Shown here: positions 1-12,250 of the stretch, piece by piece
Position numbering within the stretch: the stretch's first letter is position 1
Layout: every line of letters begins with the position of its first letter
NCBI RefSeq assembly: GCF_003918875.1
Contig: NW_025767162.1
Span: 558,001 to 622,000 of the forward strand
DNA length: 64,000 nt
DNA from: Haliotis rubra
Taxonomy: Eukaryota
Reading direction: 5' to 3'
Made by a program: the position numbers and the translations under genes
The notes under the pieces: generated by a model
Seen by the model: the letters and a program-made list of their open reading frames with translations, nothing else
Databases searched by the model: none
Told to the model about the DNA's origin: nothing

Positions 1-85
1 GTTGACACATGTCATCGTATCCCAATTGCGTAGACATACATACGGTTGATCCCTTGATTGTCTGGTCCCTACTTAATGGCTATCA

Positions 86-401
86 GAAACGTAATCACGT
101 CTCAGACGTTCAGCTGGCGTAAACAATGTCTGTCAAGGTTTAGTCACACAATCTGACCTGGACATTTTGCAGTGCAGACAACTAGGCATTAAGGTATCTA
201 ATGTGTTACGTTGCATTGGTATATAATCGGCTTGACTGTCGTTATCTCAGCCAACTTGACGGCAGCCAGTGTTGTTGCAGACAAAATGAGGTGAGAATAC
301 GTTGAAAGCCTCATGTTTGTAAGTTGAAGTTTGTAGCATTTTTAAGTTTAACTAGTAGACACTGAAATTTTAATTCAGAAGTATATTGCAGTTACATTTC
401 C
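86..401 (+). promoter_or_regulatory. Orphan copy of GH26 copy-2 promoter/first micro-exon
   Basis: Colinear homology with 19907-20221; TATATAA at 220-226; ATGAG|gtgaga at 286-296 aligns with ATGACGAG|gtgaga of copy 2. Confidence 0.65.
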
Positions 402-1044
402 TGATGTAGGTATGCCTGATAGGTGACTAACGGAGTAACTCGCTGACTTGGTTGACAAATGTCATCGTATCTGTAGATCGATGCTCATGCTTTTGATCAA
501 TGGATTGTCTGATACAGACTCGAATATTTACATACTGCCGCAAAAGAGCTGGAATCTTGCTGAGTGCGGCGTAAAACTAAATTCACTCACTCAAAGTGCG
601 TCACATAACTCTTGTTGAAGGTTTCTTACTCAGCGTTCCTACATTCAAGGCCTTTGTGAAGTGTTCCAACAGGTACAAGATCCCGAATTGTGTCTGATAC
701 AATTACATATTTTGACGCGGGTTCACTTTTCAGGTGAACCCTTCACTAGACTTTGCAGGTGTTTGTGACGGATGATACGTTCACTGTGTTCACTATCTAA
801 CAGTCATGCAATACTGATTCCTTAGCACACGCTTATATGTGTTAGCATGTGGTATGATGAGGTAATTTAATTTCCCCAATGTATATTCTCATCTGGCTTA
901 GAGTTGTTACAGTCTACATCATAAAGCTAATTAATTATAAGAAACCAAGTCAATGTGATAATGCTGCTTTGGAAACTACTGAGAGTCCATTTCAGAAATT
1001 TGAACAGAAAACAACAATTATGCGATAATTGATGTCATAATTAA

Positions 1045-2221
1045 AGGTCACATGCAACGTAAAACACAACTTTGCAGATTCTGATATCTTTCGGTATGGA
1101 CTTATAGATACAAATAATCAAAAATGCAAATTCAACTTATAAAGTTGAAAAATAACGTGATGAAAAAAACCCCGCGAAATCGGAGTTCAAACGATTCACT
1201 AAATTCACCCCAGCGCTTGGGGTGAAAGTGGTTTCAACTGCTGGGCTTCGCTGGGCTGGGCTGCGCTCATAGCACATGCGCAGTGAAATAGGGTCGCGCA
1301 GCTTGGAAGCGGGATGTCGGAATTATAAGATCGTGAACAGGAGTAGTCTAATCAAAAGAAATAGTAAATAATCTACTCATTACATAAAAGTACCTTGTTA
1401 GGATCTAGATATACTCAGCTATGTGTCAGCCAGTGAGGCGTTCGACATTTCAAGACGGAAAACCTTCGCTGGCGGTGAATACTCGGTGAAGGCTTTGATG
1501 TGAGCTATTTTTTTCTAATGTTTTGTTGATATTTCACAGGCGCGAGCTTTTTATATGTTATGACAGTAGATTACCGATTTAACTGTTTATATAATTTCAT
1601 TTGTCTGTTTCACCACACGTTCTTCTTACCAAGTCACTTTCTTAGTCTCACAGACAAAACTCAACGTCTGTTTTATTGACACACATGTGTCTGCCTACCT
1701 GTCTGCTAATGACAATATTCAATACACAACTTCGATCACTGACTACATGCAATTTGAACTTAACACCTATCAGGCTATACACCATAAACAAAACGCATTG
1801 ATTTATGGCCCGAGTTCGGTCTCTGTCACATTATGTAATTACACAGACAGGCAGCTGTGATACGTGTACACATGACATGTTATGATGTCTGTTGACTGCA
1901 AATTGTTATACACAAAAAATGAGCATGCATTTACAAAACCCAACATCTCTATATACACACACACAATGAGCCTTGAGGGCATCGGCAAATGAACCAGCCG
2001 TTACACTTGAGCGCACACTCACCCGTTCTGACTGGGTTCGGTATCCTGGGTATCGTTTCGAGGGAAGTAAACCCAAGTACAAAATATTGAACTTTGATTT
2101 GCGATTATACGCTTATAATTTCGTTTATATGTTTTTTCAAAATCAGCAATGTATATTATATGTCATGAATAAGTGATAATTGTGTTTTAATTGTGTTTGA
2201 TTTTTTGGTTGCATGAGACCT
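1045..2221. mobile_element. Non-autonomous TIR element, Kolobok-like
   Basis: TIR aggtcacatgcaac / gttgcatgagacct flanked by TTAA / TTTA; no coding capacity. Confidence 0.55.
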
Positions 2222-5200
2222 TTTATGTGTGTATTTTTTGCATATGTGTAAATTTGCTTACGTAGGTCTATTTGGTCGTATAAACGCAATGACACATATT
2301 CAAATTTTACTAACCCAAGCAAAAATACTCTTGGCCTGGACCAGATGCAAATGTTTTTGCTTATTTTGCTACCCTAAGCACATGTGGTCGTATGAACGCA
2401 TAGCAAATTTACTTAGGATGAGTATTTTTTTAGCAACCCTTTTCTTTACATCCATCTGTATGATCAGAGTGAGAAAGCTCATTTTTCAGTCGAATGCAGA
2501 TAAATTCATATGTTTCTAGTCGCATTCTAAATTTTCACAACCATTCGGAATCAGTGATATGATTTCCTTCAACTTCAGTGTATACCAGTTACTTGATCTT
2601 TGCTTTCTTCTAGAATTTCGGTCATGGGAATATCCAAGCATCACACCAACACTGATGTAATATGGGAATGCCGATTTCCTCCTATTGGTCAGACAACCCA
2701 GTTAGACACATAAAAAACCCTAATTACACGGTTGAGTGAACAAATTTTGGAAGGCTGTTACTCATTGGGGAAATGGACAAATCCAACTTTTACCCCATTA
2801 GTCAGACATAAAGAGAAGACTGAGATTAGCTTAGACCAATTTTATTATCTTTTATATATTATTTATCCACATTCAACATCTTTTGTAATTTCCATTATAA
2901 TTGTCACTGTCATAATATCACATATATATAAGTAAAATCGTCATATTCACTAGCACTACAGGCATAGTAGGGAGCTGCACAGTCAAATTTAGCCAAGAAT
3001 CACCAGCTTTCCAACAGCATCTAAATACTGGATTGGAGTCCATGCATTGCTTCCTTGCTCCTACCGCTCTCACAATCGGCCATGTCGGTGGTTGATCTCC
3101 CCGTAAACCTTCTTGCGTGGCGGAGGAGCTGCACCAAAGTCAATCTGGGTGATTTTCCACTTGTCGGCCTTCTCAATCTCTTCTCTTGAGAATCTTGATC
3201 AGTCTGAAGACATTCAGATGACGACTCGAAAGGCTGGCATTCAGACGGTTGTTAAATCTCTCAAGGCAGTTGGTCCTTGGGCCGAAGGTCTCACGATTAC
3301 AGACATTTTGGGAAACCTGAGTTGAGAAGTCTGTCTCAAGTTTTAATTTTTTATTTTATTGATTTACTCACAATAGTAATTATGCCACACTATCAACTAT
3401 GCACAAGAAGACTCTTAATATTATGTGAGTATATCAATTAAAAGGGAATAAACTTTAACTGTCAAGGCTGACCTATGGGTGTTTGATCGTATTGTGCAAG
3501 AGATAAGTCATTTAGGCCTACTTAGGACGATTCCATTATCAATGTAATTATCATTATCCTCCCCAACTCTACTGTCTAACTTGTGGGGTGTCTGACTACA
3601 TCACATCTCACTACATCCATTGCTAGGGCAGAAATGATCCATCATCCAGATTTACTACCACTTTACTTATAGAACTTAAAGTCCGTACGAACGCACAGAT
3701 AAATTGTACACCCTAGCTAACTGCACACCCTATGTAGATTTACTGATGTATGCGCATTTGCACTTGTGTATATTTTCGCCGTATAAACAGGCCTATATAC
3801 TCTCGGTGTAAATGAACAGAATCGCTCGTTGTAGGTTTATGGGATAAACCCATGATGGAAACGGTGTCCACATATATAACGACATAAACCATCAGCCCAA
3901 TAATCTAACCTGGGCCAGACAATCCAGTGATCAACATCACGAGCATTGATACGATACCATGGCATGTGTCAATCAAGTCAGCGAGTCTGACCACCTGATC
4001 CCGTCAGTCGCCCCTTACAATAAGCATTGTAAACCAAAAGTCACTGCGTTCTTTAATCTGATTGGTTGAAAAACGTGATCAAATGGTATTTGATTCCCGG
4101 AAATTCTCATAATACATACAAACATCACTCACACCATTGTATTGTAACGTCGTCAGCTGTGATGACGTCATTAAAATCATATTGTGACGTAAAGTCCGAA
4201 TGACGTCACAAATGAGCAGTTCCATAGGCTACCATGGGAGACAGCAGAAACGGCCGGCTGATGACATTGCACTGCTGTACCCGTACTCAATGTCAATGAG
4301 TGCAGACACAAAAACGTGTGTGGACCTTTTGGTTTACTTTTGTGTTTACACGCCGTCGGTTCCAAATGAATTCCCGTGCTTCAAATTCTCAATAACACCC
4401 GGAAATTGCCCAACACATGATGTTTATCTCCTAATGGGTTGCTAGACAGCGAGAAGCAAATGAAAATACCCCCTGCAATGTCTGAATCAACCAGTTTAGC
4501 ATTGCTGAATAAAACATTACAAACAACTGACTGCTGAAGGATCTGCATATACAATGTTTTAATGTGACACAGGTGAATATACCGATGAATAACGCTATAT
4601 TAAGGTGAAACTGTGTTTATTTCAGTAAAGGGGCCACCGGCCCATTATACAGTTACATAGAACATGACATGTACGAGATGATTGAGCGCCGTAAAATACC
4701 AAGTTGAGAAAATGTGAACGTTTCATAAATGCTAGAAATATATATTTAGTCAAATTATTATTAAGAGAAGCATTATAAGAAAACAACAATTGTACAAATT
4801 TACGGAGAGATGGAGAAGAGTAATAATCCTTTGGGAGCAGGGCCTGATGAAAATTATTATAAAAAATACATTCTAAGCAGACTCAATTATGGATACAATA
4901 CAAAGAGGGCATAATCTTTCGTCCTTCCTCGATGAGCAGTTTGATGATTAGAGCATCGGAGCTTACAGAGTGCAATACAGTAAACTGGTACAGTAATTAG
5001 CAATAAATAATCCTCACATTTAATTTCACTTTTAACATATTTATATAACCGAAGTTTGGAATAACTCGATATGCTGTCAAAGAAACGCTGGTTTTCAATA
5101 GTACCACACCTTCCCTTAAAACTGGGTTTTAAAAATAAAACTGTTAATACAGCCTACATCTTGATTCACCCATACATAGCCGAATCCGTACCTAAACAAT

Positions 5201-5863
5201 CATTTTGTTAACATTTAATGCCCAACACTTCCTTCCAGCTTCTGCCAAACTATACTGAAACTTATAAGCTTTGTTTAAAATAACACTATCTTCTTGGAAC
5301 AGCAACCTTACCCAATATTTAATAATCTTAACATACTGATGAACCCGAAGAAATATCTACCAAGTTCGTCACGAGCTACCAAATTAAAACCAAGTGTAAA
5401 ACGTCTTTACAATAGTTATCATTAACCCGCGCAACGTCACTTGATGGATGAAACCCCCAGACTTCTGTGCCATACATAAGAATAGGCAGAATTTTAACAT
5501 CGAAAACATATGCAACAAAATATTGTGAGGGAGATTAAGATAATTATGAAAGTTAGAGCGGATAATTCTTAGCTCTTTCGAGGCCTGTTCGGAAATGACC
5601 TTCTGAGAGATGTACCCATGAACCTGAACTTAAAAAATGTATCCCGAGATATGTGTAACTACTAATAACCTCTAACCGTTCACCATGAAAGAGAAACTTC
5701 TAATATTGTCTAAGCTTACCAGCCTTCCTAAATACCATTACCTTAGTGTTTTCTATATTCATCTTTAACTGCCATTTATCACAATAATTACTTAACTTAT
5801 CGAGCCTTTTTTGTAATCCTATAACTGTACTATCCACGACCGCCATTTCGTCAGCAAAAAATA

Positions 5864-6222
5864 GACCGCCTCCGTGGTGTAGTGGTTAGAGCGTCCGCCC
5901 GGAGAGCGGAAGGTCGCGGGTTCGATCCCCGGCCGCGTCATACCAAATGACGTTAAAATATGGTACTTGTTGGTCCCTGCCTGGCGCTCGGCATTAATGG
6001 GTACAACAAGGACTGGTCGGCTCGGAGTCGATGTATAATGTGTCTGAGTGGGATATTCATGCTTCACTGCGGCATGGTATCTCAGTGGGCTAGCACTATA
6101 AAACCAGCTTAAGTCTGGGCTAGTACAAGCAGCCGCACATACACATACACACACATGCACGTCGACATATGAGCGAAATATTCTCAAGCACAACGTTAAA
6201 CCCAATTTCACCTCACCTCACC
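5864..6222 (+). mobile_element. tRNA-derived SINE with V-SINE-like central domain (family V), copy 1
   Basis: A/B boxes (tggtgtagtgg; ggttcgatccc), central gtcataccaaa.gac...aaatatggtac...ccctgcctggcgctcggcattaa, (TCACC)n tail, TSD tcagcaaa(a/c)aata. Confidence 0.85.
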
Positions 6223-6320
6223 TCAGCAAACAATAACATAAATATCTGCAAAACTCCAATCTCTATACTCCTCTGATCATCATCTCCCAAAAAGTTAATA
6301 ATATCATTTACATACAGAGG

Positions 6321-6672
6321 GACCGCCTCCGTGGTAGTGGTTAGAGCATCCGGCCGGAGAGCGGAAGGTCGCGGGTTCGATCCCCGACCGCGTCATACCA
6401 AAAGACGTTAAAATATGGTACTTGTTGGTCCCTGCCTAGCGCTCGGCATAATGGGTACAACAAGGACGTGTCGGCTCGGAGTCAGTATAATGTGTCTGAG
6501 TGGGGTATTCATGCTTCACTGCGGCATGGTATCTCAGTGGGCTAGCACTATAAAACCAGCTTAACTCTGGGCTAGTACAAGCAGCCGCACATACACATAC
6601 ACACGCATGCACGTCGTCATATGAGCGATATATTCTCAAGCACGACGTTAAACCCAATTTCACCTCACCTCG
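6321..6672 (+). mobile_element. Family V SINE, copy 2
   Basis: Near-identical to 5864-6222; TSD catacagagg at 6311-6320 and 6673-6682. Confidence 0.85.
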
Positions 6673-7840
6673 CATACAGAGGAAAAAGGAAGGGTAACAA
6701 CTGACAGCCCTGTCGAACACCATACATACACTCAAAGAAATCAGTAAAGCATTCATTTAGTGAGACACAAGACTTTACATTAAAATACATATTTTTAATC
6801 AATCGAACATTCTACCCTTAATGTTAGCCTGCCACAACTTGAATAGAAGACCATCCCTAAAGACTGAGTCAAATGCGGCCTTTAGGTCTAAAAATGCACA
6901 GTATACTCTACCCTTATGAAGTACTAATTATTTAGAGATAATAGTGCCCAACACAAAAATATTGTAGTAGTATAGTAGTTTGGAAGCCTTGCCTAAAACC
7001 CGCCTGCTGTGGAATAATAAGATTTTCATAATCTGCCCACATAACCAGTCTATTACAAATAACTTTTGAAACGATTTTACAGGATACCTCCAATAAAGTG
7101 ATAGGACTATAGTTCGAGGGTAAGTGTTTATCGCCTTTTTTGAGGATAGGTATAATAACGCCTTTAGACCAAACCTCGGGGTAAATACCTGTAACCAAAA
7201 TGGAACCAAAAAGTAATTGCAACAATTCTATACAAAGTTTGGGAGCAGTTTCGAAGAATTCGATAGGTAAACCACTATGAGATGGCGCTTTACCACATGC
7301 CATATCAGCAGTTACATTACTAATTTCTCCACAAGAGATCTCACGATCAAGGAGGTCTATATCAGTTGTAATGTCAATAAGGGCATCATCAATTGATTGA
7401 ACAAAGTCTGTTACACAGAGATAAAAATCGTTCTTGTGAAACATTAGCTCTATTGAATAATTTTAAAGTGTTAAGTCCAAGCACTATTAGTAATTTTATT
7501 AGACATAGAGTCTGTTCTTTTTCTCACTATAGACCAGAAGAAGAATATTGAAATTTTTGTGTTTTCAAAAATAGAAGCCGATCGGAAATGAAACATTCTA
7601 CTTTCCAAACCTACTTCAAAATATATATAGAGTAGCGGAGATAATGGGCAATGAAGCATTGTTTTGCGCAAGTTGGAAGCACAGATAGTAGTAAAAGAAC
7701 TGTAAAAAGATATTCATTGTTGAAACCTACATCAAACTAACATTGCAACATAAAATCAATGTTACATGGAATCTTAAAATCAGTTTCCCAGGTTTGATGA
7801 GATCGCAATATAGAGAGAAAACGCAATGCGATTGATACAT

Positions 7841-9294
7841 TTAGGGAATCAAACACATACAGTAAATATCCCACCCCTTCGCAATGACTGACTGGAGAGT
7901 GTATGACACAGTGTTATTCATCACATCAACGGCACCTACACTAGTAGGATAATAGCCACTGTAGAAGATGGTTCCTCTATACAGGACCAGGTTATAGGGG
8001 ATGGAGTTCAGTGTGGTCACCTCTGTACTCACGTTATTGGACACAGACATCTTCATCAGTTTCTTCTGTACACCATAGTACAACACACCTGCTGTCTGAT
8101 CCAGGGTTACAGCATGCACATTGAATCCTGTGGCTAATGTTGTCAGACCTTGACCATCATATGTCACAGTGAACAGTTTACTGCCATCACACCCATATAT
8201 CCTCCTTCTCCTTCTGTCAAGAGATATTTGCTTTGGATTACTACCGTACCGTAAGTCAATGATGGCAGTGAAGTTTTCCCCCTGTGTAGACATGCGGCTG
8301 ATTGAATATTGTGGACTGTAGGTGGCTATGAACACGATGTCCCGATCTTCATCCACTGCCATGCCCAATGTCCGTACAGGTTTTCTTAATACCGTCACGC
8401 GATTTGTATCCAGGGTAGATGACACTATCTTACCAGGGTTGCCTAACCCTATCAGGAGTTGTTTTGTCTTTGCTATGTAGGCAAGGGAAGTCACATCTTT
8501 CATGGTGTGGTAAGGATAGACACTGAGGGTGTTACTGTGAATGTTGAGTTGACGGAACTGAAGTGGGGTAAATGACCCTAGTGCAGCTAATAAAATCCGA
8601 CCTTTTTTTCTCCTCTGGCGTGGGTGTCGTTGTTGACACAGATGTCCTGGAGGTTGACGTGACATTTACAGGAGCGGGGGAAGAAGGAGACTCAGTGACA
8701 TTTGTTGTCAGTTTTGACATTTGTGACTGACACGTCTCCTTCAATGCCGTGATTTGCTTCAGGTCAGCTTTCAGATTGGCAATGGTAACATCGGCCTTCT
8801 GTAGGTCTATTGCCATTCTGTGCTTCTCTCTGACACATATGTCACTGGAGTTCTCTTCATTCAACACATTTGCTTTCTTGACGAGAGATTCGTGAAACAT
8901 GGTGGTCTTGTTCTGGAAGTCTCTGAAGGCTCTAGAAACATGGTGCAACTGCCTCTCTAGCTGATGGTAGCCCTCTTTCAGATGCCGCACTTCAGAGACA
9001 ACCTGACTTTTTTACCATGTCTTGAAGAGAATCTCCTTGTAGAAAATCCGCCATGGCTTTTCTCACTTCATCCCGTATGTTTTCCTTTAACTCGGCTCTC
9101 AAGGATGTCTTAGTGACATCAATACCATTTACTATCCTTTTCTCCAAGCGGATCATATCAACCTTGTTATCAAGCATTTCCTCCTGAAATTTGTCCAATC
9201 TTTGTATGATAGATCCAATGCTGTCCTGGCTTCTACAAAAACAGATCAAGGAGGTGCATGTCAGCAACCAGGAGAGGCACTTCGACATGGCCAT
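7841..9294 (-). CDS. Intronless secreted protein (~480 aa): signal peptide, coiled coil, Ser/Thr/Pro linker, beta-propeller-like C-terminus; two +1 frameshifts in poly-A runs
   Basis: ORFs 9294-8992, 8990-8532 and 8665-7841 join into one frame if one A is removed at ~9008-9013 (MVKSQVVSEVRHLK) and ~8603-8609 (EEKKGRILLAA). N-terminus MAMSKCLSWLLTCTSLICFCRS; repeats such as GMAVDEDRDIVFIA, QISLDRRRRRIYGCD, AVTLDQTAGVLYYG resemble YWTD/NHL-type blades. Confidence 0.7.
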
Positions 9295-9847
9295 CTTTAC
9301 AAATGTACAGATTCCTTTAAATGTCCTTGCCCGTTGATGTGATGCGTACCCAGCGGTGTGGTTCGGCGTTTTCTTCTCTGAATTGGCTGACGTGAAGTTT
9401 ATATAAACATTTGCTGTCTCATGACTATGTATTCAGTGTTTGAGGTCACCGCTGGTTACCTTCTCATATGCGAGAACACTCACGTGTCTCGATTTACCTG
9501 ATGTAGCAAACAACTCTAATATTAGTGATTTAAGTGTTTCGCAGTATATAGTCCAATATTGTCCCGCGCATGTACTGTGGTCTGACGAAACATTAGGCTA
9601 TTTTATTATCTGTATCACCCTTGAAGACCCGGGTTAGATGTGGTCTTCAGTAACCGATCTTGTTATACGAGATGACTAACGGGATCGGATGGTCAGGCTC
9701 CCTGACTTGGTTGAAACATGTCATCGTATCCCAATTGTGTAGATTCATGCTCATGATGTTGATCATTGGATTGACTTGTTTATCTACAAACTGGCGTCAT
9801 ATAGCTTGAATATTGCTGGGTGGCTGAGTGAGCTACACTCCCTCACT

Positions 9848-10525
9848 CATTTCCTCATTCCAATTTGTCCAATCTTTGTATGATAGACCCAATACTGTCC
9901 TGGCATCTACAAAAACAGATCAAGGAGGTGCATGTCAGCAACAAGGAGAGGCACTTCAACATGGTCATCTTTACAGATGTAAAGAATCCTTTCAGATGTC
10001 CTTGTCCGTTAGAATGATGTGAACGTGTACCCAGCGGTTAGGTTCTGCGTTTTCTTCTACTAATTGGCTGACGTGAATTTAAATACACATTTGCTGCCTC
10101 ATGACTATATATTCAGTGTTGCAGGTCACCTGTGGTTACCTTCTCATATGCGAGAACACTCACTTGTCTTGATTTACCTGGTCGAGCATACAGCTCTACT
10201 ATTAGTGATATGAGTGTGTCGCAGTATATAGTCCAATATTGTCGCGTACATGTACTGTGGTCTGACGAAACATTAGGCTGTTTTATTATTTCAGTCACCC
10301 ATGAACATCCGGGTTAGATTTGGTCTTCAGCAACCTATGCTTGTTGCCAGAGGCGACTTACAGGATCGGATCGTCAGGCTCACTGACTTGATTGAAACAT
10401 GTCATTATATCCCAGTTGCGTAGATTTATGCTCATGGTGTTGATCACTGGATTGTCTGGTCAAGATTTGATCATTTACGGACACTTATTTATTAAGTGTA
10501 ACGTAAAACTAAATTCACTCTCAAT
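9848..10525 (-). pseudogene. Tandem duplicate (~673 bp) of the 5' end and upstream region of the secreted-protein gene, with premature stop
   Basis: 9848-10525 repeats 9175-9847, including the same short retroposon at the same site; the copy reads MTMLKCLSLLLTCTSLICFCRCQDSIGSIIQRLDKLE*. Confidence 0.8.
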
Positions 10526-10664
10526 CAGTCTATCACTGTGCCTTCTTAGTCTTATTAGGGTTGGCAATTTATATACAGTATATGGATAATAGAGGTTGCT
10601 AATCTTTAATAAGATATCCATCAATAATTGATAAGAATCGGTAAAGTATCCTTGATAAAAAATG

Positions 10665-11112
10665 ACAGTATGTTTGTTGTATCTGTATGTTTGTTCTATC
10701 TTTATGTTTGCTGTATCTGTATTTTGATATATCTGTATGTTTGTTATATCCGTATGGCTGTCTTGTCGGTATGTTTGCTGTATCTGTATGTTTGTTGTAT
10801 CTCTATGCACGTTGTATCTGTATGTTTGTTATATATCTGTATGTATGTTGTATATGTATGTTTGTTGTATCTGTATGCGTGTTGTATCTGTATGTTTGTT
10901 ATATCTGTATGTTTGTTGCATCTGTATGTTTGTTGTATATGTATGTTTGTATATCTGTATTTTGGTTGTATCTATATGCTTGTTGAAATTGTATGTTTGT
11001 TGAATCTTTGTGTTTGTTATATATGAATGTTTGCTGTATCTGTATGGTTGAATGAAAGAACGAATGAACGAAAGAACGGACATACGGATGGACGGACGGA
11101 TGGATCGATGGA
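10665..11112. repeat. Degenerate TGTATC/TGTTTG simple repeat followed by (GAAT/GGAC)n
   Basis: Low-complexity tandem units visible directly. Confidence 0.9.
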
Positions 11113-12250
11113 TATTGTTTAAACGTGACTGACTTCCAATAGAAAAGGGGCGGTGCGGCAGCCAAGTGGTTAAAGCGTTCGCTCCTCAAGACTCGGACTC
11201 TATTCCCCACATGGGTATAATGTGTGAAGTCCATTTCTGGTGTCCCTCGCGGTGATATTACTGAAATATTGCTAGAAGCGGCGTAAAACCATACTCACTC
11301 ACTCACTCCAATAGAAAGGCACATATCTGATACATAACTCACAACAGCCACAGGTTGAACTATGACTGAGTCCAGAAATGAACGGTGCTCATAATATCGG
11401 CCACTTGATTTCCAGACTCGATTATTTATAGGATTCATCAGCAAAGAAACACAACCATCGTTTTGATTTGTAAAAAGAATCAAAAGAACTCTCACCGTAT
11501 GTAATTGACATAAAATAGTATGAAACCCATTCGGGAAAATCAGTTTCTCTTCAGTCAAGAAACATTCATAGGAGCGAATAGAACTACTGATTGAGTTGAC
11601 TGGACCAAAGCTAATGGCATAGGTCATACAAGTGTTATGTTGAAAACAAACATGTTCCTATGTATACTCGGGGTAATAGGACAGCCTTTCTAGAGGTTAA
11701 ATCGTCCGCTCCTCATGCCGAAAATCCTAGTTGGATGCCCCGCATTGCAACAAAGTATGAAGCCCATTTCTGGTGTCTCCCGCCGTGATATTGCTGGAAT
11801 GTCGCTAACAGCGGTGTAAAACTAAACTCACTTACAAACTCACTCAATGTATATTGATATTCGTAATTAATACTGTACGCATGTACACAAATAACATGGC
11901 ACAATTGTGTGGTACGTTTTTTTACCTAAGTTACGTTTGCCAAGGGAACAAACAGGTGAACCACTATATACCGTGACAGGTTCAGTAAATGTAACTCCAG
12001 AGAACTATTACAAAAGAAGTTTATCTGAAGAAATCTCATGGAAAACAAGCCGTTTTTAGGTGCGGGCCAAGGTATGTACGTCTCGATAATGTTTTAACAG
12101 CACACAAAGAATGTAACCTTTAATCAAACAACTGATAAACGGCTGACGTTTTGGTCCTGACTGATATGAATCCATAATATTATATGTATGAAAAACACAC
12201 GCTTGAACCAACTATGTACATGTGGAGGTTTGAGACAGTTTGAATGCAAG

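Larger units (their letters stand above)
4900..7700 (-). mobile_element. Decayed LINE reverse transcriptase (L2/CR1-group), interrupted by two SINEs; ends approximate
   Basis: GKAPSHSGLPIEFF, IIPILKKGD..PSNYSPITLL, QQAGFRQG; further RT motifs (AFLDLKAAFDSV, GVRQG) in broken frames. Confidence 0.7.

Noticed and set aside
5864-5935. tRNA genes (also 6321, 13444, 40048, 54488)
   Set aside because: A/B-box heads continue into shared bodies with repeat tails and TSDs, so they are SINEs rather than tRNAs.
5819-6756. Repeated ~100-130 aa ORFs (also 13390-13638)
   Set aside because: Antisense translations of family V SINE copies.
10475-11234. Several overlapping Cys/Tyr/Val- or Gln/Thr-rich ORFs
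   Set aside because: Translations of a simple repeat on both strands.
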